Source of the DNA: Candidatus Woesearchaeota archaeon
GTDB taxonomy: Archaea; Nanobdellota; Nanobdellia; Woesearchaeales; 0-14-0-80-44-23
DNA: 64,000 bases
Assembly (NCBI GenBank): GCA_038874135.1
Contig: JAVZCZ010000001.1
Location: 224,001 to 288,000, forward strand
Direction: 5' to 3'
Every line of letters starts with the position of its first letter. Positions within the stretch are counted from its first letter, which is position 1. Below are positions 1 through 9,260 of the stretch, in pieces. The notes beneath the pieces are model-generated. The model had not been told where the DNA came from, searched no databases, and saw only the letters and a program-made list of their open reading frames with translations. A program made the translations under genes and the position numbers.

Positions 1-11
1 AAAAACAAAGC

Positions 12-19
12 TTTATAAA
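12..19 (+). promoter_or_regulatory. Archaeal TATA box (TTTATAAA) with A-rich BRE for the L1-L10-L12 operon
   Basis: TTTATAAA preceded by purine-rich AAAAACAAAG, about 100 nt upstream of the rpl1 ATG. Confidence 0.7.
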
Positions 20-48
20 TAACCGCCTTTTTCCGTTCTTCACATCAA

Positions 49-109
49 GGAGTTTTCCGCCGATATGCGGAATTCCCTGGAACTACTGCCCGAGCAGTAG
101 GAGGGAGTT
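49..109 (+). promoter_or_regulatory. Structured 5' leader with putative ribosomal protein L1-binding autoregulatory site
   Basis: Hairpin 71-109 (CUACUGC/GCAGUAG and AAUUCCC/GGGAGUU flanking an asymmetric UGGAA/GA loop) covers the GGAGG Shine-Dalgarno; an alternative hairpin 49-76 overlaps it. Confidence 0.6.
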
Positions 110-113
110 AAAA

Positions 114-770
114 ATGGAGAAGAAGGATGTTTTGGAATCATTATCTGAAGTGAGGAAGAACTCTAAGAAGAGAAACTTCAACCAGAGTATAGATCTTATA
201 ATAACATTGAAGGATTTGGATGTGAAGAAGACTGACAACCAGAGGGATCTTTTTGTAATACTTCCGCATCCGCCTTCAAAATCTGTTAAGGTGTGCGCTC
301 TGGTTGGTCCTGAGAGTGTTGAATCTGCAAAGGACTGTCATAAGGTAATATCACAGGATGAGTTTCCACAGTATGAGGCTGATGAGAATAAGATAAAGAA
401 GCTTGCAAAGGAGTATGACTTCTTTGTGGCTCAAGCTAATATAATGCCTCTGATTGCTAAGGTATTTGGAAAGGTTCTGGGAAGAAGGGGAAAGATGCCT
501 AATCCTAAAGCTGGATGCATAGTCCCTCCTAAGACGAACCTGAAAGCACTAGTTGAGAAGCTTCAGAAGACTGTTGAAGTAAAAATAAAGAATGCTCCCA
601 TGGTGCAGTGCAAGGTGGGAACCGAGGAGATGAAGGATGAGGAGATTGCAGAGAACATAATCGTAGTTTTCAACAACCTGCTGCACGCTCTTCCAAATGA
701 GAGGAATAATATAAAGAGCGTAATAGTTAAGACAACAATGGGAAAGCCGGTTAAGATTCAGGGATGGTAA
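114..770 (+). CDS. rpl1: 50S ribosomal protein L1 (uL1)
   Basis: KRNFNQSIDL, LGRRGKMP, VKTTMGKP motifs; first gene of the L1-L10-L12 cluster. Confidence 0.97.
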   Translation: MEKKDVLESLSEVRKNSKKRNFNQSIDLIITLKDLDVKKTDNQRDLFVILPHPPSKSVKVCALVGPESVESAKDCHKVISQDEFPQYEADENKIKKLAKEYDFFVAQANIMPLIAKVFGKVLGRRGKMPNPKAGCIVPPKTNLKALVEKLQKTVEVKIKNAPMVQCKVGTEEMKDEEIAENIIVVFNNLLHALPNERNNIKSVIVKTTMGKPVKIQGW

Positions 771-772
771 AA

Positions 773-1537
773 ATGGCGCATGTTTCAGAATACAAGAAGA
801 AAAGAGTAAAAGAGCTTGCGGAGCTTATAGAGAAGTACAGGGCGGTTGGAATAATAAACATGGAGAATCTTCCAGCAGTTCAGCTTCAGAGAATGAGAGG
901 CCAGCTCAGGGACACTATTCTAATAGAGATGAGTAAGAAGAATCTTATGAAGATAGCAATACAGCAGAGTAAGAAGCCTGGTATTGAAAAGCTTGCAGAA
1001 AAGCTGGAGGGAATGCCCTGTTTCCTGTTCACTAACGAGTCGCCATTCAGAGTTGCAATAATGCTGAAGAGGAGCAAATCAACTGCTCCAGCCAAGGTTG
1101 GTCAGGTGGCTCCTAAAGACATAATAATACCGGCAGGTCCCACTCAGTTCACTCCCGGTCCTGTGCTTGGAGAGCTCGGACAGCTCGGCGTTAAGGCCGG
1201 AGTTGACAAGGGGAAGATTGTAATAAAGGAGGATAAGCTGGTTGCTAAGAAGGGGGAGAAGATTACTAAGCAGATGGCAACCCTGCTTCAGAAGTTCGGG
1301 ATAGAGCCTATGGAAATAGGTCTTAACCTGGTGGCTTTTTATGAGGATGGCTTGGTATATGACAGCTCTGTCCTGGACATAGATCCTGCAAAGACTTTAG
1401 AGGACATAAAGAGGGCTGCTTCCTGGGCGTTTAACCTGTCCATGGAGTGTGCCTATCCTACAAAGGAGAACATTCAGATGCTAGTGGCTAAGGCAGAGCT
1501 TTCTGCCAAGGCGCTTTCAAGCAAGGTAAATGCTTAA
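773..1537 (+). CDS. rpl10: 50S ribosomal protein L10 (uL10/P0), short C-terminus
   Basis: MAHVSEYKK start, [36 protein letters not shown]; ATG at 773 preferred over 764. Confidence 0.95.
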   Translation: MAHVSEYKKKRVKELAELIEKYRAVGIINMENLPAVQLQRMRGQLRDTILIEMSKKNLMKIAIQQSKKPGIEKLAEKLEGMPCFLFTNESPFRVAIMLKRSKSTAPAKVGQVAPKDIIIPAGPTQFTPGPVLGELGQLGVKAGVDKGKIVIKEDKLVAKKGEKITKQMATLLQKFGIEPMEIGLNLVAFYEDGLVYDSSVLDIDPAKTLEDIKRAASWAFNLSMECAYPTKENIQMLVAKAELSAKALSSKVNA

Positions 1538-1560
1538 AAAAGTATAAGGAGGTAAATGAA

Positions 1561-1866
1561 ATGGAATATGTGTATGCTGCACTGCTGCTTCACAAGGCAG
1601 GCAAGAAGGTAGATGAGACTTCAATAAGAAAGGTGTTGGAAGCCGCGGGCATAAGTCCTGACGAGGCGAAGATAAAGGCGCTTGTTGCAAGCTTGGAAGG
1701 GGTTGACATTGATAAAGCCATAGAATCAGCGCAGGTTGTAACTGCAGCCCCATCCGCAGCAGCCCCTGCACAGCAGCACGCTGCTGAAGAGAAAAAGGCA
1801 GAAAAGGAAGAGGATAAGAAGAGCGAAGAAGCAGCTGCAGTCGGGCTTTCCGCACTCTTTGGATGA
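1561..1866 (+). CDS. rpl12: 50S ribosomal protein L12 (P1)
   Basis: [11 protein letters not shown] start, Ala-rich hinge, acidic tail ending GLSALFG; GGAGGT SD. Confidence 0.97.
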   Translation: MEYVYAALLLHKAGKKVDETSIRKVLEAAGISPDEAKIKALVASLEGVDIDKAIESAQVVTAAPSAAAPAQQHAAEEKKAEKEEDKKSEEAAAVGLSALFG

Positions 1867-1910
1867 AGCTCTTTAATTGTTTTTTATTTTCATCTGAAAG
1901 GTTGAGCTGA

Positions 1911-2825
1911 ATGGAAGGATTAGAACAACAGCAGGAAAAGAAGGTTGAAGTCCCTGTAGAAAATGTTCAGGAAGCAAAGAAGGCTGTAAGGGACTTGAGA
2001 GAAGAGCTGAACAGGGTGAATGAGGAGAAGGAGTCCTGGTTCGCCAAGAAGAATGAGTTCAGCAAGCAGATTTCTGAAAAAATAGTTCTCATCAAAAGGT
2101 TAAAGAGGGAGAGGGACAATTTTACAAAGCAGGTTAAAGAGTTAAAAGCTGAGAGGAACAAGCTCAACACCCTCATAAAATCCAAGATTGAGGAGCTTAA
2201 AAGGATTAATGAGCAGAAGAGAAAGATTCTGAAGGAGCACAACATAACCAAGGATCCCAATCAGATTGCTAGACAGATTGAAAAGCTGGAGAGAAGTATA
2301 GAAACAGAAGCGTTCTCTTTTGAAAAGGAGAAGAAGGTAATGAAGCTGATAAACCAGCTGAAGAAGGAGTATGAGGAGATTAAAAAGCTGAGCAGCGAGT
2401 GGGAGGCTGCAAATCTTCTTTCCAAGGAGATTGACGAGCTTAAGGAGAAGACAGAAGGGATACATAGGCGCATTCAAGAGGTAGCTGCTGAGAGCCAGAA
2501 GAGACATGAAGAGATGCTGAGAATATCTAAAGAGGTAGATGAGCTCAGAAAGCAGGAAAATGAGGCATTTGAAAAGTTCTTAGAGTTCAAGAAAAAGTTC
2601 ACTGAAATAAATGCTGAGCTTAAGGAGTCCCTCTTAGAAGTTGCTCAGACAAGTCAGAAGGTTCAGGAAGCTAAGAGTGATGCAAAAAGGGAGCGCAAGA
2701 AGAAAGAGCACGAGATTCTCAAGAGTAAGGAGGAAGAGGTTGAAGAGAAGATAAAGAAGGGCAAGAGGCTCACTACAGAAGACTTATTAGTGTTTCAGAA
2801 GATGGATTCTGGAAGTGATGAATAA
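1911..2825 (+). CDS. Archaeal coiled-coil protein (COG1340-like)
   Basis: Continuous E/K heptads; C-terminal KKGKRLTTEDLLVFQ typical of this family. Confidence 0.75.
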   Translation: MEGLEQQQEKKVEVPVENVQEAKKAVRDLREELNRVNEEKESWFAKKNEFSKQISEKIVLIKRLKRERDNFTKQVKELKAERNKLNTLIKSKIEELKRINEQKRKILKEHNITKDPNQIARQIEKLERSIETEAFSFEKEKKVMKLINQLKKEYEEIKKLSSEWEAANLLSKEIDELKEKTEGIHRRIQEVAAESQKRHEEMLRISKEVDELRKQENEAFEKFLEFKKKFTEINAELKESLLEVAQTSQKVQEAKSDAKRERKKKEHEILKSKEEEVEEKIKKGKRLTTEDLLVFQKMDSGSDE

Positions 2826-2893
2826 ATTTTAAAAATTTCTTCAAGAATAAAAATTAATTTTAAGGATAAAAAGTAAAATTTTAAAAGTAAATT

Positions 2894-3076
2894 TTAGTTC
2901 TTTTTAAATTCAGTATAGCCGCACTTTCCGCAGGTTAGCCTGTTATTGTGCTCTGCTAAGAAGTAGCCAGGCCCGCACCTGGGGCAGGTCTTGTTCTTCG
3001 GCTTGATTGCTGCTCCTGAGATTTCGTAATGTGAAGATGCTAAGGATTGTTTCTTTGACTTTGTTTTTTCTGCCAT
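2894..3076 (-). CDS. rps27ae: 30S ribosomal protein S27ae (eS31)
   Basis: [13 protein letters not shown]...[11 protein letters not shown] zinc ribbon. Confidence 0.95.
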   Translation of the reverse strand: MAEKTKSKKQSLASSHYEISGAAIKPKNKTCPRCGPGYFLAEHNNRLTCGKCGYTEFKKN

Positions 3077-3077
3077 T

Positions 3078-3371
3078 TTACTTCTGCGCCTCCTTCTTTC
3101 CTTCCAGTCTCTTCTTTATGTATTCCGGCTGAAGCTTCTGCATAGCTTCCTGACTCTTGTAGAGCTGAGCGTGCATTTCCAGATGCTTTGTGCCGAAAAG
3201 CTGCTTTATCTTTGAGATTGAAATGAGCTCAGGCTTTGCAGATAGCTTCTTAGCAAGCTCTTCTGTAAGCTGTTTTCTTGAAGGCGTTGTTCCAGTGAAG
3301 TTGACTTCTGCTATTATCTCGCTCCTCTCTAAGAGCTCGTTCTCCTTTTTGGATGTTATTTTTATCTCCAT
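3078..3371 (-). CDS. rps24e: 30S ribosomal protein S24e
   Basis: [19 protein letters not shown] motifs; synteny with S27ae. Confidence 0.92.
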   Translation of the reverse strand: MEIKITSKKENELLERSEIIAEVNFTGTTPSRKQLTEELAKKLSAKPELISISKIKQLFGTKHLEMHAQLYKSQEAMQKLQPEYIKKRLEGKKEAQK

Positions 3372-3381
3372 TTTTTATCAC

Positions 3382-3567
3382 TCACTTTATTTTTATTGCG
3401 TATTCCCCGTTGGCATCTATCCCAAGATTGGAAGCAACCTTGGACTTCTTTGCGTCTAGAATGAACATTCTCCCCTGAAAGTTAGTGCTAAAGTCAGTGC
3501 CTCCGCATATGGGACACTTGTTTTCTTCCACTACAATTTTACATTGTCTGCAAAACTTCTTTTTCAT
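3382..3567 (-). CDS. spt4: Transcription elongation factor Spt4 (RpoE'')
   Basis: CRQC...CPICG zinc site, GEYAIKI C-terminus; follows rpoE'. Confidence 0.93.
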   Translation of the reverse strand: MKKKFCRQCKIVVEENKCPICGGTDFSTNFQGRMFILDAKKSKVASNLGIDANGEYAIKIK

Positions 3568-4154
3568 TTCTCCTCACTCTTTTTCTTGTGAGCCTCTTCC
3601 TTCGCCTCCTGAGCCTTTCTGGCAGCCTTCTCCGCTTCTGTTTCAAGCTTGCCCAGGCCGGGCTGCCTCATGGTGAGTCCTATCTTTGGATTGTTCACCT
3701 CTTTGAAGCTGACTGCGATTATGCGCGCCCTGCAAAGGTCTCCCACTTTTATTGTGCGCTTGCTGTCCTTTCCAACGAGCACTTTGTCTTCGCTGAAGCT
3801 CACGAAATCGTCCATTGTTTGCGAGATGTGCACCATTCCATCTAAGACTCCCATTGAGACGAAGGCTCCAAAGTCCTGTATGTCTTTTATCTTTCCATAA
3901 ACTACTTCTTTTAGTTCCGGCTTAAATGAGAGCACCTCAAATTTGGTGTCATAGTAAGCCGCTCCGTCTCCCGGGATTATTATTCCCTCTCCAACTTCTA
4001 AAACATTTGCAACATCTATAACTATTCCTATGTCTTTTGAAATTACTCCTGTGTATTGCTTTTTTACCATGTCAAGTATTGCGTTCTGAACTGGCTCTCC
4101 GAAGAGTTCCGGGGGAACCCTTATGTGATCCTGAACAGTTATCTTATAAAACAT
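3564..4154 (-). CDS. rpoE1: RNA polymerase subunit Rpo7 (E')
   Basis: IRVPPELF, GDGAAYY, FGAFV...DGMVHISQ S1 domain, KIGLTMRQPGLGK. Confidence 0.96.
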   Translation of the reverse strand: MFYKITVQDHIRVPPELFGEPVQNAILDMVKKQYTGVISKDIGIVIDVANVLEVGEGIIIPGDGAAYYDTKFEVLSFKPELKEVVYGKIKDIQDFGAFVSMGVLDGMVHISQTMDDFVSFSEDKVLVGKDSKRTIKVGDLCRARIIAVSFKEVNNPKIGLTMRQPGLGKLETEAEKAARKAQEAKEEAHKKKSEEK

Positions 4155-4158
4155 CGCC

Positions 4159-4560
4159 TCACCCTCTCGTTATTAGTATTAAAAACTTTTTCTTCCTCAT
4201 TACAATTATGGGCCCTTTTATCCTTCTCTTCAGCTCTCTGTCCTGAGTTGCTATTATGTAGCCCTGAGCTGCGAATTCGGCAAGTGCCTCGTCCGCATCT
4301 TTTGGATTTTGGCTTGTATTTAAAAAGCTTTTTGTTTTTATTATGCAGACATCCTTCTGTTTTATCAGCTGCAGGGCTATTCTCGCAGCGCGTCTCTCTT
4401 TTAGCGAGCCCTCTTTTTCAAGCCTTTTAAGCTCCTCTATGTTGAGGTCTAGTGTGCATATTTTTGCGGTCGGGAGGATTCTCCTTATTTCTGAGAATAT
4501 GTCCACTTTGAACTGGCCTGGTATCATGCAGAAGTTCGTGTCCAAAAGCACCTTTTCCAT
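4159..4560 (-). CDS. PIN-domain ribonuclease (Fcf1/Utp24-like)
   Basis: VLLDTNF, ELKRL, ADEAL, IATQDRELKRR; conserved position upstream of rpoE'. Confidence 0.88.
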   Translation of the reverse strand: MEKVLLDTNFCMIPGQFKVDIFSEIRRILPTAKICTLDLNIEELKRLEKEGSLKERRAARIALQLIKQKDVCIIKTKSFLNTSQNPKDADEALAEFAAQGYIIATQDRELKRRIKGPIIVMRKKKFLILITRG

Positions 4561-4590
4561 TTCAGAATGGATTGTGAGTAAGGGTATTTA

Positions 4591-5232
4591 TTATTTTCTC
4601 AAGCTGGCGCGCTTATTTTTTTCAGCTTCTCTGCTTAGCATGTTCATTGCTGAGGCAAGCATTCCGAAAGAAGCTGCTGCTGAGATTATTGAGTAGCCTA
4701 TAATGTTTGAGTACAGTATTTTTTCTTTTGAGGCAGTTTCAACCATTTGAGATATCTCAAAAGTTAGGGGTTCTGCAAAGTTTTGCAAAGCACAATTTAT
4801 AGCTTCCATTTCATATTGAAATCTTTCATATCTTTTTAAAGTCAGACATTCTCTCGCTTCATAGGAGGATAAGAATTCTCGCGAATGCTCCAGCTGAGAT
4901 AGTACATCTTCAATCTGTGCAGAATTTTTTCCATTGTTCAGCTGGTTGTATTCCTCAATGTTGAGTATTGCCATTTCAAGCTGTGAAGACGCTTCTTGAA
5001 GGTGTGATTCTTCCATGCTTTCAGAAAGTTGAGAGAGCTCCTGAACTGCGCTTCCTGAATGTTTAAGTGCTGAAAAAAGTAGGGAGTAGGATTTTTCGTG
5101 CAGGTTATAATCATAAATGAACTGCGGATTCTGTACTGGTTGGAACATCTTTGAGACAGAATATGAACAGAGCAGTGCAGAAGAAACAATTATGCTTCCA
5201 GAGACTATTGCCACAACAAGAGCTTTTTTCAT
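4591..5232 (-). CDS. Hypothetical membrane protein (two TM segments flanking a helical domain)
   Basis: 213-aa ORF with N- and C-terminal hydrophobic segments. Confidence 0.6.
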   Translation of the reverse strand: MKKALVVAIVSGSIIVSSALLCSYSVSKMFQPVQNPQFIYDYNLHEKSYSLLFSALKHSGSAVQELSQLSESMEESHLQEASSQLEMAILNIEEYNQLNNGKNSAQIEDVLSQLEHSREFLSSYEARECLTLKRYERFQYEMEAINCALQNFAEPLTFEISQMVETASKEKILYSNIIGYSIISAAASFGMLASAMNMLSREAEKNKRASLRK

Positions 5233-5291
5233 TTTGATTGAGTAGTAAAAAAATGAAAATATTTATATCTTTCCAAGAATTTCAGCGGAAT

Positions 5292-7523
5292 ATGTGCCCA
5301 GAGGGGGAAGGAGGAAATCTTGAAGAGGTTGTAGAAAAAGAGTTCAAACAGGTTTCAGTAAGCTCGCTCTTAGAGAGGAAAAACTGCCTGGAAGGGCTTT
5401 TAGAGGATTATGAGCCGAAATTGCCCTCTGTGAAGGAGCGGCTGGCAAAAATTTTGAAATGGCCGCTGGAAAACTACAGCATAGTTATGGGCGCGCTCCT
5501 GCCTGCCAGTGCACTTTTCCTGGCAAGCTCTGCTTGGGGAGCAGCCCCTCTAAGTTATTACGCTGCAGCACCACTTGCAACATTTGCACTGGCTTTCCTT
5601 CACCAGAGAACTGAGCATTATGAAGAGCATCCTTCAAAACCTGCTATGGTTTTCAGATGGCTTTCAAGAAATTATGCTGCTGTCGGCTTCGGGTTGGCAG
5701 CTCTTTCAATTGCAGCCTGCTATTTCAGAATGCCAGCTGTGCTGGACATGAGAACCCTTGGCGGAAGCTACTCTGCTCTGAAATCATTGTTAAAAGTGGA
5801 CCCTGAAGCAGAAGTGTTTTTTCAAGCGGGAAAAAGCCTTGTGGAAGCCAGGAATGTTGTCTTCAGTTTTGTTAAATATCTCGCTGCTGAATCCTTCTTC
5901 AGAGGAGCACTCTATTCTGCAGGCGTAAAGGTTTTCACACTGCTTAGGCCGGAGGATGCGAACTATTGGAAGATGACATTGAAGCAGGCTGTCCGCTCCT
6001 TGAAGCTCGGAGTGGGAAGCATATTTCTGGATAGTGAGAGGATTAGAAGTTTTAGAGAGGCTTCTCTGGAAGGCGTGCTGGAAAAAATTAGAGCTGGCTA
6101 CGCTTCAAGAGTAAGCTTGTGGGAGGCTGCCGATTTGCAGATGCAGTTGGGAAGGTTTGATGAAGCGCTAAGTACATACGCGCGCATCTTGGAAAATAGG
6201 CAGACTCTCTTGTTTAGGGGAAGCGGGTTCAATCCGGTTAGGAAGGTTGCAGCTGCAATTAAGTACAATAATAGTTCAAGAGGAAAGAGCATTGAGGAGT
6301 GCATTTCAAACGCATTTGGAAACTTTGTTTATGATGGAGAACTGGCATATTCGATTAGAGAATTTGAGAGGGCAATACAGCTCGCGCAGAGCTCTGGAAG
6401 AACAAAGGATTCTAAGAATTTAAAGCTTTTATACGCAATTTTTGTGAGAGAAACTACTGGAGAGGAGAAGGCATTGAGACTTGCTGAACATTGGCTCAGC
6501 AGCTTCTATTCAGATGGCGGTTTTTCTTCTATGAGAAGGATTCCAAGTTCAAGGAATGAGGTTTTTGAAGTTGTAGAGAACAGTTTTCTCAGGGATTCCA
6601 TAATAATTAAGAGAAGAAAAGGAGACGAGCCTTTTGAAGATGTTAAGAATGCAATTATAGAGCACTACCTTTCTAATTTTCTCTCCGCGACATTTTCAGA
6701 GATTCCTAGTGAGTTCAGCAGGATAGTTCCATCTTCACTCTTGATATTTTATGACTGGGAGGACAGGCTTTGTCAGGTCATGGTTAGGAGTATTGGAAGA
6801 AACTTGGAAGAGAAATTGAGAGATTCTACAAAGTCGGAGAAGGAAGAATGCTTAAAGAGGGTTCTCAGGAGTTCAGTGCTAATCCACTTTGTAGGGGAAG
6901 CTAACCTTATGAAAGACGAAAAATCTCACTTTTTAACATTCTACGAAGGAAGAAATTTCAGGATTAACATAAAAAAATTTGACTATTTAGGAATGCTTAA
7001 GAAGAGGTTTATAGGTAGAATTGGAGAAAATGCTAATCTGGAAGGGTTCATAAGAGAGATGGCTGATTATGCTAATAGCATAGGAGATATAAACGCTCTC
7101 TGCCACGGAGATGCGTACCTAACAAACTTTCTGGAAGATGGGAGCTGGATAGACCTTGAAAAGGGCACAATTGCAAATCCAATGCTGGACATAGCCGCTC
7201 TTATGGAAGTTCCAGAGCTGGAAGGTATAGACAGGAAGGAAATGCTAGAATATTATCTTACAAGATTCAGAGAAGAAAACCCTGACAGGACTGCTGAGCT
7301 GGATAAGCTTAGAAAGAGTTACACTCCATTAAGAGTTTTTAACTCGCTTTATAACAGCGGCAGGGCTTACAGTCACAATAACTTAGAACGCTCAGCATAC
7401 TTTCTAAAAAATGCTGCTTCTGCACTTGAAGAGGAAGGGCTTTACAAGATTCTTAACAAGCTTTACGATTATCTAACTTCTTCTGAAAAGGAGCCTTTCA
7501 GGAGCACTCTTAAAAGGTTATGA
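5292..7523 (+). CDS. Membrane-anchored TPR-like protein with C-terminal APH/choline-kinase-like phosphotransferase domain
   Basis: Hydrophobic N-terminal segments, TPR-like LGRFDEALSTYARIL, LCHGDAYLTNFL and WIDLE...DIAAL kinase motifs; ATG 5292 lies 30 nt after a TATA box. Confidence 0.7.
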   Translation: MCPEGEGGNLEEVVEKEFKQVSVSSLLERKNCLEGLLEDYEPKLPSVKERLAKILKWPLENYSIVMGALLPASALFLASSAWGAAPLSYYAAAPLATFALAFLHQRTEHYEEHPSKPAMVFRWLSRNYAAVGFGLAALSIAACYFRMPAVLDMRTLGGSYSALKSLLKVDPEAEVFFQAGKSLVEARNVVFSFVKYLAAESFFRGALYSAGVKVFTLLRPEDANYWKMTLKQAVRSLKLGVGSIFLDSERIRSFREASLEGVLEKIRAGYASRVSLWEAADLQMQLGRFDEALSTYARILENRQTLLFRGSGFNPVRKVAAAIKYNNSSRGKSIEECISNAFGNFVYDGELAYSIREFERAIQLAQSSGRTKDSKNLKLLYAIFVRETTGEEKALRLAEHWLSSFYSDGGFSSMRRIPSSRNEVFEVVENSFLRDSIIIKRRKGDEPFEDVKNAIIEHYLSNFLSATFSEIPSEFSRIVPSSLLIFYDWEDRLCQVMVRSIGRNLEEKLRDSTKSEKEECLKRVLRSSVLIHFVGEANLMKDEKSHFLTFYEGRNFRINIKKFDYLGMLKKRFIGRIGENANLEGFIREMADYANSIGDINALCHGDAYLTNFLEDGSWIDLEKGTIANPMLDIAALMEVPELEGIDRKEMLEYYLTRFREENPDRTAELDKLRKSYTPLRVFNSLYNSGRAYSHNNLERSAYFLKNAASALEEEGLYKILNKLYDYLTSSEKEPFRSTLKRL

Positions 7524-7524
7524 C

Positions 7525-8433
7525 TTAAACATACTGAATAGCAAGAATGGGCCCGCTGATATCAAAGACCTTTTCCAACAGAGATTTGAACATTAGGAGC
7601 AGGACCAGCTCGTCCTTATCCGCTCGTCTCATCTCTCTTCTTATGTTCTCATGAATTGAAGACGCTTTGTCTTTCAGCTCGGCAAACCTTTTTATGTCAA
7701 ATGTGTAGAACAGCTCATACAGCTCCCTAAGAAAAGAGTTTATCTGAGAAAATAGTTCCAAATGAGATTTTTTTAGTGGTAGCCTCTTCTGTATTAGATA
7801 GCTAGCTATCTGCTTATAGGAATCACCTATTCCTTCCAGCGCTTCTATAATAAAATATAGGGGACCGCTCTTTTCAAAGTTGTATGGATTCTTATTTATT
7901 GCACGCCTACAGAAGTCTGAAAGCCTGTTGATGTTGTCATCTCTAACTATGATTGATTTGAGGCCCTCTGTGTTTTTTGATGATGCGAATGTTAGGCAGT
8001 CTTCTGAAGTGGTTAGTAAGAAGAAGAAAAGCCTTCTAAGTAGTGAGTCAAATTCTGAGATGTCATCCTGAGAGATGGACTTTGCAATAAGAGTATTCTT
8101 TCCCTGCTGAACAATCTCAAATCCTATACAAGACCTAAGGAGGGCTTTCTGCACGATGTCCAGCTCTTCTGAAGAGCTGAAGCGGACTTCTATCTCGTCG
8201 TAGCCAGCTTTGTATGCTGCTGAAACCATCCGCATAGCTATCTTAGCTAAGCCCGACACATCCAATGTTTTTTTCTTATGAGCCTTTGTTCCTTCTAAAG
8301 ATATTAGGAGTCCTTCCTTTTTCTCTTCAACTTCAAGTTCAAGGCCCTTTGTTACTGAGTGCTGCTTTGCCCACTTGCTGGGTAGAGAAATAACTAATGT
8401 TTTTCCTGCCAGCTGAATTACCCTTCTTTTCAT
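7525..8433 (-). CDS. AbrB-domain/PhoU phosphate uptake regulator
   Basis: MKRRVIQLAGKTLVISLPSKWAK, YKAGYDEI, DDNINRL, LEGIGD; ATG 8433 with AGGTG SD. Confidence 0.85.
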   Translation of the reverse strand: MKRRVIQLAGKTLVISLPSKWAKQHSVTKGLELEVEEKKEGLLISLEGTKAHKKKTLDVSGLAKIAMRMVSAAYKAGYDEIEVRFSSSEELDIVQKALLRSCIGFEIVQQGKNTLIAKSISQDDISEFDSLLRRLFFFLLTTSEDCLTFASSKNTEGLKSIIVRDDNINRLSDFCRRAINKNPYNFEKSGPLYFIIEALEGIGDSYKQIASYLIQKRLPLKKSHLELFSQINSFLRELYELFYTFDIKRFAELKDKASSIHENIRREMRRADKDELVLLLMFKSLLEKVFDISGPILAIQYV

Positions 8434-8561
8434 GAAAAGCACCTATTATATAATTATATACCAATATATAAGGTATAATAAAAAATTATATATAAATTTT
8501 TTGTTAAATAATGAATAAGTTCCGAGAGCATCGGAATGGACTATTTGGAGGTGCAGGCGGG

Positions 8562-9248
8562 ATGGTGAGCCAATCTGAAATTGAGGATATCCTGATAAAT
8601 GCGAAATACTGTCAGGGACTTCTTAAGGAAGCGGTTCCAGATTTTAAGTATGTGAGCTACGCAAAGAATTCCTACACGCGAGGAGAATGCAAAGATGAAA
8701 GCATAGAGCGCATAAGGTCATTTAAAGAAGATGAGAATTGCAAAAAGTTAGATGAAAGAACAGCCTACTCAGAACTGTGCAGGAGGATTGCAGTTTCTAA
8801 AGCTGAAGGAAAAATAAACTGGACTAGCGAGGTTAGCCTAGATGAGATTATTTACTCACTTGAAGAGATGAGAGACATTGCACACTTCTATGCAGAAAAT
8901 AAGGAATACCGCATAAGTGCTGCGGAAACTGCAGAAAAGGAAATTGTGAAGCTGATAAAAAAGTGCAGGAAACACAGAAGAATACTTGCAAGGAGTAAGT
9001 ATTGCGGGCCTCTCAGTGTAGAAGCCCTTGCTGCTGACATATTTGAGGGAAGAATAATCTACGAAGAAAGAAGTGAAGATGAGTATAGAAGCTGGTTACG
9101 CAAGATTTGTTTAATTCCTAAAAATGAAGATGATATGAGAAAGCTAATGGAGAGAACTTCTGATATGTGGAACTATGCGTGCCATAAGAAATCGTTTGGC
9201 AACATCTTTGAGAAAATATTCTACTCAATACTTTATCCTAGAATTTAG
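8562..9248 (+). CDS. Hypothetical protein
   Basis: Long ORF; GGAGGTG SD before ATG 8562; no recognisable motif. Confidence 0.6.
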   Translation: MVSQSEIEDILINAKYCQGLLKEAVPDFKYVSYAKNSYTRGECKDESIERIRSFKEDENCKKLDERTAYSELCRRIAVSKAEGKINWTSEVSLDEIIYSLEEMRDIAHFYAENKEYRISAAETAEKEIVKLIKKCRKHRRILARSKYCGPLSVEALAADIFEGRIIYEERSEDEYRSWLRKICLIPKNEDDMRKLMERTSDMWNYACHKKSFGNIFEKIFYSILYPRI

Positions 9249-9260
9249 GAGGTGAAAGAA

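Noticed and set aside
1911-2825. SMC/Rad50-like ATPase
   Set aside because: No Walker motifs or hinge; pure coiled coil
2826-2893. Repeated AAAAGTAAA(A)TTTTA in an intergenic gap
   Set aside because: Low-complexity AT tract between convergent genes, most likely terminators
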